Assembly: GCA_964016885.1 (NCBI GenBank)
Contig: OZ024743.1
Location: 219,542,001-219,606,000, forward strand
DNA length: 64,000 nucleotides
Reading direction: 5' to 3'
Source of the DNA: Eledone cirrhosa
Taxonomy: Eukaryota
The notes below the pieces were generated by a model that saw nothing but the letters and a program-made list of their open reading frames with translations, was not told where the DNA came from and made no database searches. Of this stretch, positions 1-12,200 are shown in pieces (position 1 is the first letter of the stretch; every line of letters begins with the position of its first letter). Made by a program: the position numbers and the translations under genes.

Positions 1-148
1 AATTCACTTAAATAATTATCGCGTCGTCGTTCGTTATGAGTCTCTTTTTTTTTTTATAAAAGGATGCCACAGAGTGTACGATAGATAATGATTACAATAT
101 TTTTGAGCAACAATTCTAGTCACACACTTTTGAAGGTTTATTATAACA

Positions 149-1059
149 CTAGCATTAAAGCCCGGCGTTGCTCGGGGTCATTAAGTTACCAAAGTTAGGT
201 TGCACCACCCATTTTATGGCAGCACTTTTTTGTCTGCCAGGCACTGGGTGAATGAATTGCAGACCTGGAAGCATGAGCTGCGCCAGCAGTGACAATTGTA
301 GTTTTGCCTATGGATATTATCTCTGTGCAAAAAAGTGTTGAAATTTATTGTTTCACAGTACTTGCGCAACACGCGCGTAGACGATGCCAGCCGAACAACA
401 GAGCTGCGACGGAGTTGTTCTGCATGGTTGTCTGTGTGTTTTCTAAATTTAAGACAGTAGGGAGGGTTGTGATATGAGGGAGAGTTAGCTGTTGTTTCTA
501 GCAGGTTTAGTGACCTCATAGAGGATATGTGTTTTCTAAATTTAAGACAGTAGGGAGTGGTGTGATATGGGGGAGAGTTAGCTGCTGTTTCTAGCAGGTT
601 TAGTAACCTCATAGAGGATATGTGTTTTCTAAATTTAAGACAGTAGGGAGTGGTGTGGGGAGGGGTGTGATATGGGGGAGAGTTAGCTGCTGTTTCTAGC
701 AGGTTTAGTAACCTCATAGAGGATATGTGTTTTCTAAACTTAAGACAGTAGGGAGTGGTGTGAACGGACAGTATCACCATCAAGCTTGGAAAGAGAAAGT
801 AGCAGAAAGTATGAAGTTGTATAGATTTTGAATGGTAGTAGAAAGAGTTCAGCAGTTTAAATGAGAGAGAAAATTCGTAAAATATTGAGTTTTATCTATT
901 TTTTGCGTAATTGTGGGTGAAATTGAAAAAATGATCTGCGTCAAGACGCAATCGAAACTATTTCGAATACTGAATTGTAGATTTCAATTGAAGAAATTCT
1001 ATATCGTAGATTTCTATAACGAAGGAGCATGACCACACACTGAGCTTTATAAATTATGA
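149..1059 (-). mobile_element. Non-autonomous Helitron
   Basis: On the minus strand it starts A|TCATAATTTATAAAG (1059) and ends with the hairpin CCCGAGCAACGCCGGG followed by CTAG|T (149-152). The same end motifs occur in three other elements in the window. Confidence 0.7.
434..765. repeat. ~85-bp tandem repeat (about 4 copies) inside the Helitron
   Basis: Repeated unit tgtgttttctaaatttaagacagtagggag...agcaggtttagt(a/g)acctcatagaggata; it accounts for ORF 214..783. Confidence 0.9.
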
Positions 1060-1782
1060 TTCTGTGGCTCTTTTGAGCTTGCGCATTTTTCAGGTCTAGT
1101 TTAATATTTTTTTAAGGCAACGCTTGTAATAGCTCTAGTTAAACATGATATATATTAATAATAAATTATCGTTGTAATGTAATTATATTATATAATTGTT
1201 ATTTTATAAATGATATTATAAATATTATTGTAAGATGTATAAAAATATTTTCAGACTTTTAATATAAACAACTACAAAAAACAATCAATATTAAATAAAT
1301 ATATTTTACATAATAATTGTTATAGTTGAATTAATAAAAATTAAATATTACATAAAACGAACAATAATATGGACAAATATACAAGTAAATATGATACAAC
1401 CAATATTATAAGCATGTTATAACGACTGAAAAAATAGTTAATATAAATTTAAAAAATCATATATAAATTAACAATATAACTTACCAAAACGAGAAAAAAT
1501 ATTTTGATGATAAAAGACGAAATACAGGAGGAAGATTTGAAAGTGAAACGATAAATAAACGTGCAAAACAAAATGGCGGATGCTTTTGAGCAACAATTAC
1601 TCTCGCTGGTTGATTAGCCAATAAGACGATGAAATTAGCCAATAAGACGATACATTACAAAACATGTTTGGCAGCGATTACCACGGCCAGCGACACCTCT
1701 TGAATTTTTTATTCACAAGCTACGCATATATGTCAGACACGCAGACTTAAAACATTCTGTTGTTAGTCACTGCGTGTCTAAC

Positions 1783-2180
<398 letters not shown>

Positions 2181-2464
2181 ATGTAGGAGGTGAGTTTTAT
2201 TGTAGCACAATAAAGCAATGCAAATATCGGATAAGTAGCACTCTACAATTTGTAGGACTGGAGTATAAATAATATAAGATCAAAAGATGGTTAAAAGAGT
2301 TCCAAGTATTTTCAAAACCAAATATCATCATGGGATGATATCTGCGTTTTCATCAGATAAACTAGAGATACATGATATGAAGCTTGTGAATAGTGAAGTT
2401 TTAAATCAACATATGAAAAATAATTTAAGATTGATGTATCTAGGGATAACTATAATAACCTTAT

Positions 2465-4452
2465 CCTTAAGGAACTAAGGAAGAACTATCATAAAACTAA
2501 CCATGACAATTTGGAATCTATAAACTTTGAAGCTTCTGAGATTATGTCAAAACTTGGCATTGAAAAAAGACCGAACCATTCCTCCCAAGAACTCCGAGGA
2601 TACATCTCAAGGATCATAAAAGTAATTTTAGAACGGAACTACCTGTTAGACTAATCGTCCCCTCTAAATCAGATCTGAGGGTTGTTAGTAAAGTCATCTT
2701 GGATAGAATTATCCCACAGGTTCGTTCTAATTGCTCTATTTCTAACTTAAATTTATGGTTTGGTACATCTGAAGTAATTGGCTGGTTCAACAACCTGAAT
2801 AAGAAAAACAAACAAAAATTTATTCAATTTGATATTGCCAACTACTATTCTTCTATTTCGCCTTCCCTTCTCAACAATGCTCTATCTTTTGCTTTTAAAT
2901 ATTCTGACATCACCACCGATGAACTTCACATCATTCTCACCGCAAGAAAAACCATCTTAGAATTCAACAATGAATACTGGACTAGAGCCGATACTTCCAA
3001 CAACTTTGATATCACAATGGGTGCTTCCGATTCATCGCAATTGACTGATTTGATTGGTATTTTTATTTTGAATTCTTTAAATCGGAAAATTCCTCAACTT
3101 CGCGGTGGAATTTATCGTGACGATGGACTTTTTACTATCTTAAATTGCAATTTAGTTAACCTTAATATTATTAAGAACAATATACGTGATCTCTTTAAGC
3201 AACATAACCATAAAATTGAATTTGATAACAACGTCAAACTAGCTAACTTCTTGGATATATCCCTTAATCTTGACACTGGTTTATATTACCCTTACCATAA
3301 AAACAATGAGAATCTAAATTATGTTAATTTTAAATCTAACCACCCCACTAACATTAAAAATGCTATAGTCAGTAATATTGGTAAAAGAATATCAAACATA
3401 TCCTCTAATAAAAATATCTTCGATGCTAACGCCAATTACTATAATAATGCGCTTTCTAAAGCCGATAATCCTGATAAAATTAAATACAGTAAAGAAACCA
3501 ATCCTAGAAGGTCTTACAGTAAAATAATTAATTATGATCATTCCAATAACTTAAATAAAAGACCTAGATACAAAATATAATCTGGTATAATGCTCCTTTC
3601 TCTATTTCTATTAATAATAATATTCCTAAACTATTCTTTAGGGCCTTAGATAAATGCTTCCCTCCCTCACATATCTATAGTAAAATCTTTAACAAACGTA
3701 CAATAACATTTTCCTATTCCACCTCCTCCAACATCTCTAACATTATCTCTAAACACAACAATAAAATATAAAATATTAAATCACATCCTTCCAACACTGA
3801 GCGTCATAATAATAGCAGTAGTACTCCCGACGTCATTGTTAACTCTAGGCTAGATTCTGCAAACTCAAATACGACGTCAAACGTAACTTCGTTGAATGTT
3901 CATAATACCAATCTAAATCAGGAAACTATTATTCCTATCGTAAATAACTTCTCCAATCCAATTCCTCCTATAAATAACACTAGGTCACTTGTTAATAACT
4001 CTGTTAATTTCTCTAATCGTAATTGTAATTGCCCTGTTAGAACTAAATGTCCTCTCAATAACCATTGTCTTGATAAAAACTTAGTCTATGAATGTAAGGT
4101 TATAACTGATACCAATTCCTTTACCTATTTCAGTTCCACTTCCACCTCCTTCAAAGCTAGATTTTATAATCACAATTCGTCTTTTAAATACCAACTTAAA
4201 AGAACTAACACGGCACACTCAGAACTCATATGGTCCTTGAAAGACAAAAATATTAACTATAACATCTCTTGGAGAAAAGTTTGTTCTGCCTCTCCCTACT
4301 TGAATGCCTCCCTATCCAGAACATGTAATCTTTGCCTAGCTGAGAAATTTACCATTATATCTAATTTCAATTCTATAATAAATAGACGCACTGATTTATT
4401 TTCTCTCTGCTTGCATAAATTCCACAGAACATTCCATAAAGTATACAGCTAA
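2465..4452 (+). pseudogene. PLE reverse transcriptase + C-terminal GIY-YIG endonuclease, frameshifted with stops
   Basis: Motifs LKDHKSNF..PVRLIVPSKSDL..VSKVILD, FIQFDIANYYSSI, FDITMGA, YRDDGL, NFLDISLNL, SNHP, IIWYNAPFS (after a frameshift at ~3575), CNCPVRTKCPLNNHCL, LVYEC..TYFSST..FKARFYNH and CNLCLAEK..CLH. Confidence 0.9.
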
Positions 4453-5598
4453 TATCTAATACCTTGCTAGTTTAAAATCCTTTTTCTCAAAGGCTTATAT
4501 ATCTTTTAAAAATATACCCATCTTTCTACCTTATTTCAATATTATTTATTATATATTATATAATACAAGTTACTCATTCTATATCATTCGTCTTTATCAC
4601 TTTCCTTTCTTCCTCTTTTCTTTTTAATTTCTAACCTCTAATCTGTACTTTTTCTTCCTAACTAATTCTCAATTTTTATTATTACTCACCACAACATTAT
4701 CCATTCTTCCATATTTCTTCATATCATTGGCCATAAAAATTATTATTATTTTTTTAATACATTATAGTATTACCTTTAATAGTCCTTCGTAAACATAAAC
4801 ATTTTTTTTGACGTTAGATTTTTCTTCCTTAAATTCCTTATCTCATCCTTTCATGCTCGTTTGACTTTTACATATTACAATACATAAAAACAAACTTAAA
4901 CCCTAACTAATTTCTTTTAATATATTATATTATTACCATTAGAAAATATTTCGTAAACATATATATTTTTTGATGTTAGATATTTTCTTCCTTAAACATT
5001 CTTTCCTTCTTTACTTTCTGCGCTCATTTTTAAACAAACTATTTACGTACACATATTACGCACACATATTACATTACATAAAAACAAACTTAAACACTAA
5101 CTAATTCCTCTAAATTCATAACTTATTCTTTCTTCTACTTCTTTTCACATTATATCCTTTACAACATTAATATTTTTATTTTAATAATACATATTAATAA
5201 TTTCTTTTCCTCGCACATATTATTAAACCCTTCAATATACAAACCTTAATTTAATATTATTCTTAATGCATTTATCTTCCTGCATAAACCTCATTAACTT
5301 TTAATTTCAAATTCTTTTAAATTATCTATTATCTTCCAACAGCTTTTTAACTTCTATCTGTGAGACAATATATATTTTTTTCTCAGTTGTAAAGGCTATC
5401 TCTCTATCTTTATCACCCATCTCTCCTCCTCTCTCATCCTTCCTTCTTATACTCCTCCCCCACCATTCTTTACTCTCATCTCCTCCTCTTCCTTACCTCC
5501 CACCCCCTCACTTTTTCCCAATCTCATATTATTTTTCATATGTTGATTTAAAACTTCACTATTCACAAGTGTTTTTTAAGCTTTATATCATGTATCCC

Positions 5599-5669
5599 TA
5601 TTTTATCTGATGAAAACGCAGATATCATCCCATGATGATATTTGTTTTTGAAATGCGCATAATAAAATA
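5599..5669 (+). ncRNA. Type I hammerhead ribozyme in the PLE pseudo-LTR
   Basis: Stem I tattttat/ataaaata, core CTGATGA (5607), long stem II, then GAAA-T-gcgc-ATA with palindromic stem III (atgcgcat). Confidence 0.8.
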
Positions 5670-6089
5670 CTTGGAACTCTTTTAACCATCTTTTGATCTT
5701 ATATATATATATATATATATATATATAGATGTATACATCCCTCTTCCTACTATATCAGTTAACCTACTATATACCTTTCATATACTATACCGATTGTGTT
5801 GTTATTTCTGTTTACCTTTTACATACACACACATATATATATATATATATAGAGATGTATATATATAATGTGTATGTGCGTGAGGGGGGGGGGGTTTGGC
5901 AGCTCTCTGACATTCAGAACCCGAGGGACACGCCACCTCGTTGTCCCAGCCGACAGATTAGAGAAAGTGTTACTTGGAGGGTAACTAGAGATACATGGAA
6001 CTCACTCCTGCCGCTGTCTTTTGAAAGAAGGGTATATAAAAAAAATTGGTTTGTTTTTAAACATTTCATTGTTTGTTGGTTGGTTAGTT

Positions 6090-6227
6090 TCCTTCTTTCT
6101 CTTATTTTCTTTCTTTCCTTTTTTCTTTCTTACGTTGTCTTTCTTTCCTTTTTTCTTTCTTACGTTGTCTTTCTTTCTTTCTTTCTTTCTTACGTTGTCT
6201 TCCTTTCTTTTTTTCTTTCTTATGTTG

Positions 6228-6267
<40 letters not shown>

Positions 6268-6965
6268 TCGTTCTTACGTTGCCTTTTTTCTTTCTCTCTT
6301 TCTTTCTTACTTTCTCTTTTTCTTTCTTTTTTTTCTTTCTCTTCCTTTCTTTCTTTCTTTCTTCTTACGTTGTCTTTCTTTCTTTCATTATTTCGTTGGA
6401 TTTCGAGGGCGGTGGATTGGCAGTATCGGTAGAGGGTTGGACGTCATGCTTTCTAGCATAGTTACGTCCCTTTATGGTCTGAGTTCAAATCCCGTCAAGG
6501 TTAACTTTACCTTTCATCCTTATGGGGTCGATATAATAAAGTACTAGTAATGTACTGGGTAATTGATGGCCTTGTGCCTAAAGTAGAAACAATTATTTCG
6601 TTGGATTGGCGGGATATGATCTGAGTTCAAATCCCGCCGAGGTTAACTTTGCCTTTCATCCTTACGGGGTTGATAAAATAAAGTACCAGTAATGTACTGG
6701 GTAATTGCTGGCCTTGTGCCTAAAGCAGAAACAATTATTTCTTCTTACGTTGTCTTTCTTTCTTTCTTTCTTTCTTTATTTCTTCTTACGTTGTCTTTCT
6801 TTCTTTCTTTATTTCTTCTTACGTTGTCTTTCTTTCTTTCTTTATTTCTTCTTACGTTGTCTTTCTTTCTTTCTTTATTTCTTCTTACGTTGTCTTTCTT
6901 TCTTTCTTTATTTCTTCTTACGTTGTCTTTCTTTCTTTCTTTATTTCTTCTTATGTTGTCTTTCT
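6090..6965. repeat. CTTT-rich minisatellite (tcttacgttgtctttctttc) interrupted by SINEs
   Basis: Repeated ~30-bp units at 6110-6385 and 6740-6965. Confidence 0.85.
6403..6591 (+). mobile_element. tRNA-derived SINE with 16-bp TSD
   Basis: A-box-like tggcagtatcgg, B box gagttcaaatcc and body ctttcatcctt..ggggtcgat..aagtac. TSD attatttcgttggatt at 6387-6402 and 6592-6607. A partial second copy follows at about 6608-6740. Confidence 0.85.
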
Positions 6966-7209
6966 TTATTTCGTTCATCGTTTATATTTCGTATTGACAA
7001 TGTTTCCCCTGTCGTCGATGTTTGTTGACCAAAGACCAAACCAAAGCTGGTCAGTTTCTATTGGCATCAGTCAACGATTACGATCTCCATCTAACGAGAG
7101 CTACTCTAATATCTTATATCCAACGTCAGTCTTATCACTCTCGTATCTTCACGACACACCATTATAATAGAACCGTGACTTTCACGTCACTCTCATGGAA
7201 TATTACTTC

Positions 7210-8000
7210 TAATACACACATACGGACATATACATATACATACGTACTCACTAATACACACATATACACATCTACATATGCATACATACATTTACACACA
7301 TACATATGCATACATACATGTTAAAACATACGCACACATACATATACATACATGCATACACACATACACACATGCATACACATACATATATGCATAACAC
7401 ATGCATACATATACATACATGCATCACACATGCACACATATACATGTACAAATATGCTCACATACGCACACATATATATATATATACATACATGCACACA
7501 TACACACGAGTACAGATATTAACACACGTATACACGTACACATGCATGCACACACATACATACACACACATGAGTACACAACACATGCATACATGTACAT
7601 ATATAAATACATGCATATATACACACACACCAAACTAACACATACACACGAATACTCATATTAATACACGCATACATGTACACATACATGCATACACACA
7701 TACATACACAAGCACGCATACAGGTATACCTACATGCACACAAATACATACGCACACACATATATGTACACACACTACACACACGAACACACAAGTACAC
7801 ACATTAACACACACACACACAAGTACACACATTAACACACACAAACACACACACAAGTACACACATTAACACACATACACACACACAAGTACACACATTA
7901 ACACACACATACACACAAGTACACATATTAACACACACACACATACACACACTGACACACATAACCCCCCCCCCCCCCCTCCCCCACACAAACACACACA
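7210..8000. repeat. Degenerate (CA)n/(CATA)n microsatellite
   Basis: Seen directly. Confidence 0.9.
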
Positions 8001-8239
8001 AAGCTAACTAACAGTGAGGAGGAACCTCGAACTAGAACCGGAAGTGTCGAACGAAGTAAAATATGTTGTCAGACAGAAACAGGATGTGTCTGTAATGGCG
8101 GCGGCGGCGGCGCTGGGGGTGATGTGGAGGTGGTGGAGTTGGGGTTGCAAACTGCTTTGTTCTGTCCATTCGCAACGGAAGTGGAACAATTGCGAACGCT
8201 GTTGCCAGGATAAAATGCCATGCCTCCAACAACACAACC

Positions 8240-8870
8240 GTCACCACCACCACCACCACCATTATCACCTCTAACACCACCACCACCACCACCAACACCA
8301 CCACCAACACCACCACCACCACCAACACCACCACCACCAACACCACCACCACCACCACCACCAACACCACCACCACCACCTTCAACACCATTATCACCTC
8401 TAACACCACCACTACTACCACCTCCAACATTATCACCACCACCATTACCACCTCCACCACCACCACCACCACCACCACCACCTTCACTACCATTACCACC
8501 TCCAACACCACCATTACCAACCCCCAACACCACCACTATTACCAACCCTCAATACCACTATTACCAACCGCCAACACCACCACTATTACCAACCCCCAAC
8601 ACCTCCATCACCACCTCTAACACCATCATTACCACCTCCAGCACTACCACCACTACCACCATTACCACCTCCAATATCACCATTATTACCACCTCCAACA
8701 CCATCACTACCACCACCACCACCACGAGGACGACGACCACCACCACCATAACCACCTCCAACACTACCTCCAACACCATCATTACCACCACCACCACCAC
8801 CAACACCACCATACCACCTCCACCACCACCATTACCACCTCCAACACCACCACCACCACGACTACCATTA
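8240..8870. repeat. Degenerate (CCA)n trinucleotide array
   Basis: Seen directly. Confidence 0.9.
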
Positions 8871-9264
8871 CACCCTGCAATACCAGCACTTTAACCCCCT
8901 CCCCAACAAACAAAGACAAAAAACAACAACAACAACAACAAAAAAACCCCCCAAAAAATCAAACAACAAAAAACAAACTACAAAAGCACCAAAGAAACAA
9001 AAATAACCAACAAACAACCAGCCAACCAACAACAACAAACAAAGCCAAAAGTGAAGAGATCGATAAGCAAGCATGTAAGCGGCTATCAGCAACAACGACA
9101 GTGTTTACTAAAAAACAATCACAATATTATCCTTTAGACATGACAAGCATACATAGAGAGAGAGTTAGACATTAAACAGTGGCTTTTAAGACGAACAAGT
9201 TGGAAAACACAGACAAGATATGGTATAGCATGTAGAGGACACCTTCATCACCACCATCATCATA

Positions 9265-12200
9265 GTGGTGGTGGTGTTGTTGGTGGTGGTAATGGTGTTG
9301 ATGTTGGTGGTGGTGTTGATGTTGTTGTTGGAGGTAATGGTGTTGATGTTGGTGGTGGTGTTGTTGGTGGTGGTAATGGTGTTGATGTTGGTGGTGGTGT
9401 TGATGTTGTTGTTGGAGGTAATGGTGTTGATGTTGGTGGTGGTGTTGTTGGTGGTGGTAATGGTGTTGATGTTGGTGGTGGTGTTGTTGGTGGTGGTAAT
9501 GGTGTTGATGTTGGCGGTGGTGTTGTTGTTGTTGGTGGTATTTTTGGTGGTGGTGTTATTGGTGGTTGTAATGGTGTTGGTGGTGGTGTTGTTGGTGGTG
9601 GTGTTGTTGTTGTCGGTGGTGGTGGTGTTGTTGGTGGTGGTGTTGGTGGTGGTGTGGTTGGTGGTGGTAATGGTGTTGTTGGTGGTGGTGTTGTTGGTGT
9701 TGGTGGTGGTGTTGTTGTTGTTGTTGGTGGTGTTGTTGTTGGTGGTGTTGTTGTTGGTGGTGGTGTTGTTGGTGGTGTTGTTGGTGGTAATGGTGTTGTT
9801 GGTGGTGGTGTTGTTGTTGGTGGTGGTGTTGTTGGTGGTAATGGTGTTGTTGGTGGTGGTGTTGTTGGTGGTGGTGTTGGTGGTGGTGGTGTTGGTGGTG
9901 GTGTTGGTGTTGGTGGTGGTGATGTTGGTGGTGGTGGTGTTGGTGGTGGTGGTGATGGTGGTGATGGTGGTGGTGTTGGTGGTGGTGATGTTGGTGGTGG
10001 TGGTGTTGGTGGTGGTGGTGGTGTTGGTGGTAATGGTGTTGTTGGTGGTGGTGTTGTTGGTGGTGGTGTTGGTGGTGGTGGTGTTGGTGGTGGTGTTGGT
10101 GTTGGTGGTGGTGATGTTGGTGGTGGTGGTGTTGGTGGTGGTGGTGATGGTGGTGATGGTGGTGGTGTTGGTGGTGGTGATGTTGGTGGTGGTGGTGTTG
10201 GTGGTGGTGGTGGTGTTGGTGGTAATGGTGTTGTTGGTGGTGGTGTTGTTGGTGGTGGTGTTGTTGTTGTCGGTGGTGGTGGTGTTGTTGGTGGTGTTGT
10301 TGGTGGTAATGGTGTTGTTGGTGGTGGTGTTGTTGGTGGTGGTGGTGTTGTTGGTGGTAATGGTGTTGTTGGTGGTGGTGTTGTTGGTGGTGGTGTTGTT
10401 GGTGGTGGTGTTGTTGTTGTCGGTGGTGGTGGTGTTGTTGGTGGTGTTGTTGGTGGTAATGGTGTTGTTGGTGGTGGTGTTGTTGGTGGTGGTGGTGTTG
10501 TTGGTGGTAATGGTGTTGTTGGTGGTGGTGTTGTTGGTGGTGGTGTTGGTGGTGGTGGTGTTGGTGGTGGTGTTGGTGTTGGTGGTGGTGATGTTGGTGG
10601 TGGTGGTGTTGGTGGTGGTGGTGATGGTGGTGATGGTGGTGGTGTTGGTGGTGGTGATGTTGGTGGTTGTGTTGGTGTTGGTAATGGTGTTGTTGTTGGT
10701 GGTGGTGTTGGTGGTGGTGGTGGTGGTAGGTAATGGTGTTGTTGGTGGTGGTGGTGTTGGTGGTGGTGTTAGTGTTGGTGGTGTTGGTGGTGCTGGTGTT
10801 GTTGGTGATGGTGTTGGTGGTGGTGGTGTTGGTGGTGGTAAGGGTGTTGATGTTGGTGGTGGTGTTGATGTTGTTGTTGGAGGTAATGGTGTTGGTGGTG
10901 GTGTTGTTTGCGGTGGTGTTGTTGTTGGTGGTAATGGTGTTGGTGGTGGTGTTGTTGGTAGTGGTAATGGTGTTGGTGGTGGTGTTGTTGGTGGTGGTAA
11001 TGGTGTTGGTGGTAATGGTGTTGGTGGTGGTGTTGTTGGTGGTGTTGTTGGTGGTGGTGGTGTTGGTGGTGGTGGTGTTGGTGGTGGTGGTGTTGGTGGT
11101 GTTGATGGTGGTGGTGTTGTTGTTGGTGGTGTTGTTGGTGGTGGTGGTGTTGGTGGTGTTGTTGGTGATGGTGTTGTTGGTGGTGTTGTTGGTGGTGGTG
11201 GTGTTGGTGGTGTTGATGGTGGTGGTGTTGTTGTTGGTGGTGTTGGTGGTGTTGTTGGTGATGGTGTTGTTGTTGGTGGTGTTGTTGTAGGTGTTGGCAG
11301 TGGTGGTGGTGTTGTTGGTGGTGGTGTTGTTGGTGGTGGTGTTCTTGTTGGTGGTGTTGTTGGTGGTGGTGTTGTTGTTGGTGTTGGCGGTGGTGGTGTT
11401 GTTGTTGTTGGTGGTGTTGTTGGTGGTGGTGTTGGTGGTAGTGTTGTTGGTGGTGTTGTTGGTGGTGGTGTTGTTGGTGGTGGTAATGGTGTTGGTAGTA
11501 ATGGTGTTGGTGGTGGTGTTGTTGGTGGTGGTAATGGTGTTGGTGGTGGTGTTGTTGGTGGTGTTGTTGTTGTTGTTGGTAATGGTGTTGGTGGTGGTGT
11601 TGTTGGTGGTGGTAATGGCGTTGATGGTGGTGTTGTTGTTGTTGGTGGTGGTGTTGTTGGTGGTGGTAATGGCGTTGATGTTGGTGGTGGTGTTGATGTT
11701 GTTGTTGGAGGTACTGGTGTTGTTGTTGTTGGTGATAATGTGTTGTTGGTGGTGGTAGTGTTGGTGGTTGTGTTGGTGTGGTGGTGTTTTTGGTGGTGGT
11801 GTTGGTGGTGGTGTTGGTGGTGGCGGTGTTGTTGGTGGTGGTATTGGTGGTAGTGTTGTTGGTGGTGGTGTTGGTGCTGGTGGTGTTGGTGGTAATGGTG
11901 TTGTTGGTGGTGGTGTTGTTGGTGGTGGTGTTGTTGGTGGTGGTGGTGTTGGTGGTCATGTTGGTGGTGGTGGTGTTGTTGTTGGTGGTGGTGGTGTTGT
12001 TGTTGGTGGTGTTGTTGGTGGTGGTGTTGGTGGTGGTGGTGTTGGTGGTGGTGTTGGTGGTGGTGGTGTTGTTGTTGGTGGTGTTGGTGGTGTTGGTGTT
12101 GGTGGTGGTGTTGGTGGTGTTGTTGTTGGTGGTGTTGTTGGTGGTGGTGTTGGTGGTGGTGGTGTTGGTGGTGTTGTTGGTGATGGTGTTGGTGGTAGTG

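Larger units (their letters stand above)
2182..5704 (+). mobile_element. Penelope-like retroelement (Naiad-like), 5'-truncated, with inverted pseudo-LTR, inserted in (TA)n
   Basis: RT and GIY-YIG remnants. Arms 2272-2433 and 5519-5704 are inverted copies, the hammerhead lies in the right arm, and (TA)n flanks both sides. Confidence 0.9.

Noticed and set aside
214-783. 189-aa repetitive ORF
   Set aside because: Produced by the ~85-bp tandem repeat inside a non-autonomous Helitron.
3575-4452. Possible selenocysteine (UGA) recoding, as reported for some Naiad PLEs
   Set aside because: The conserved Cys positions use TGT/TGC, and the disruptions seen are a frameshift and a TAA.
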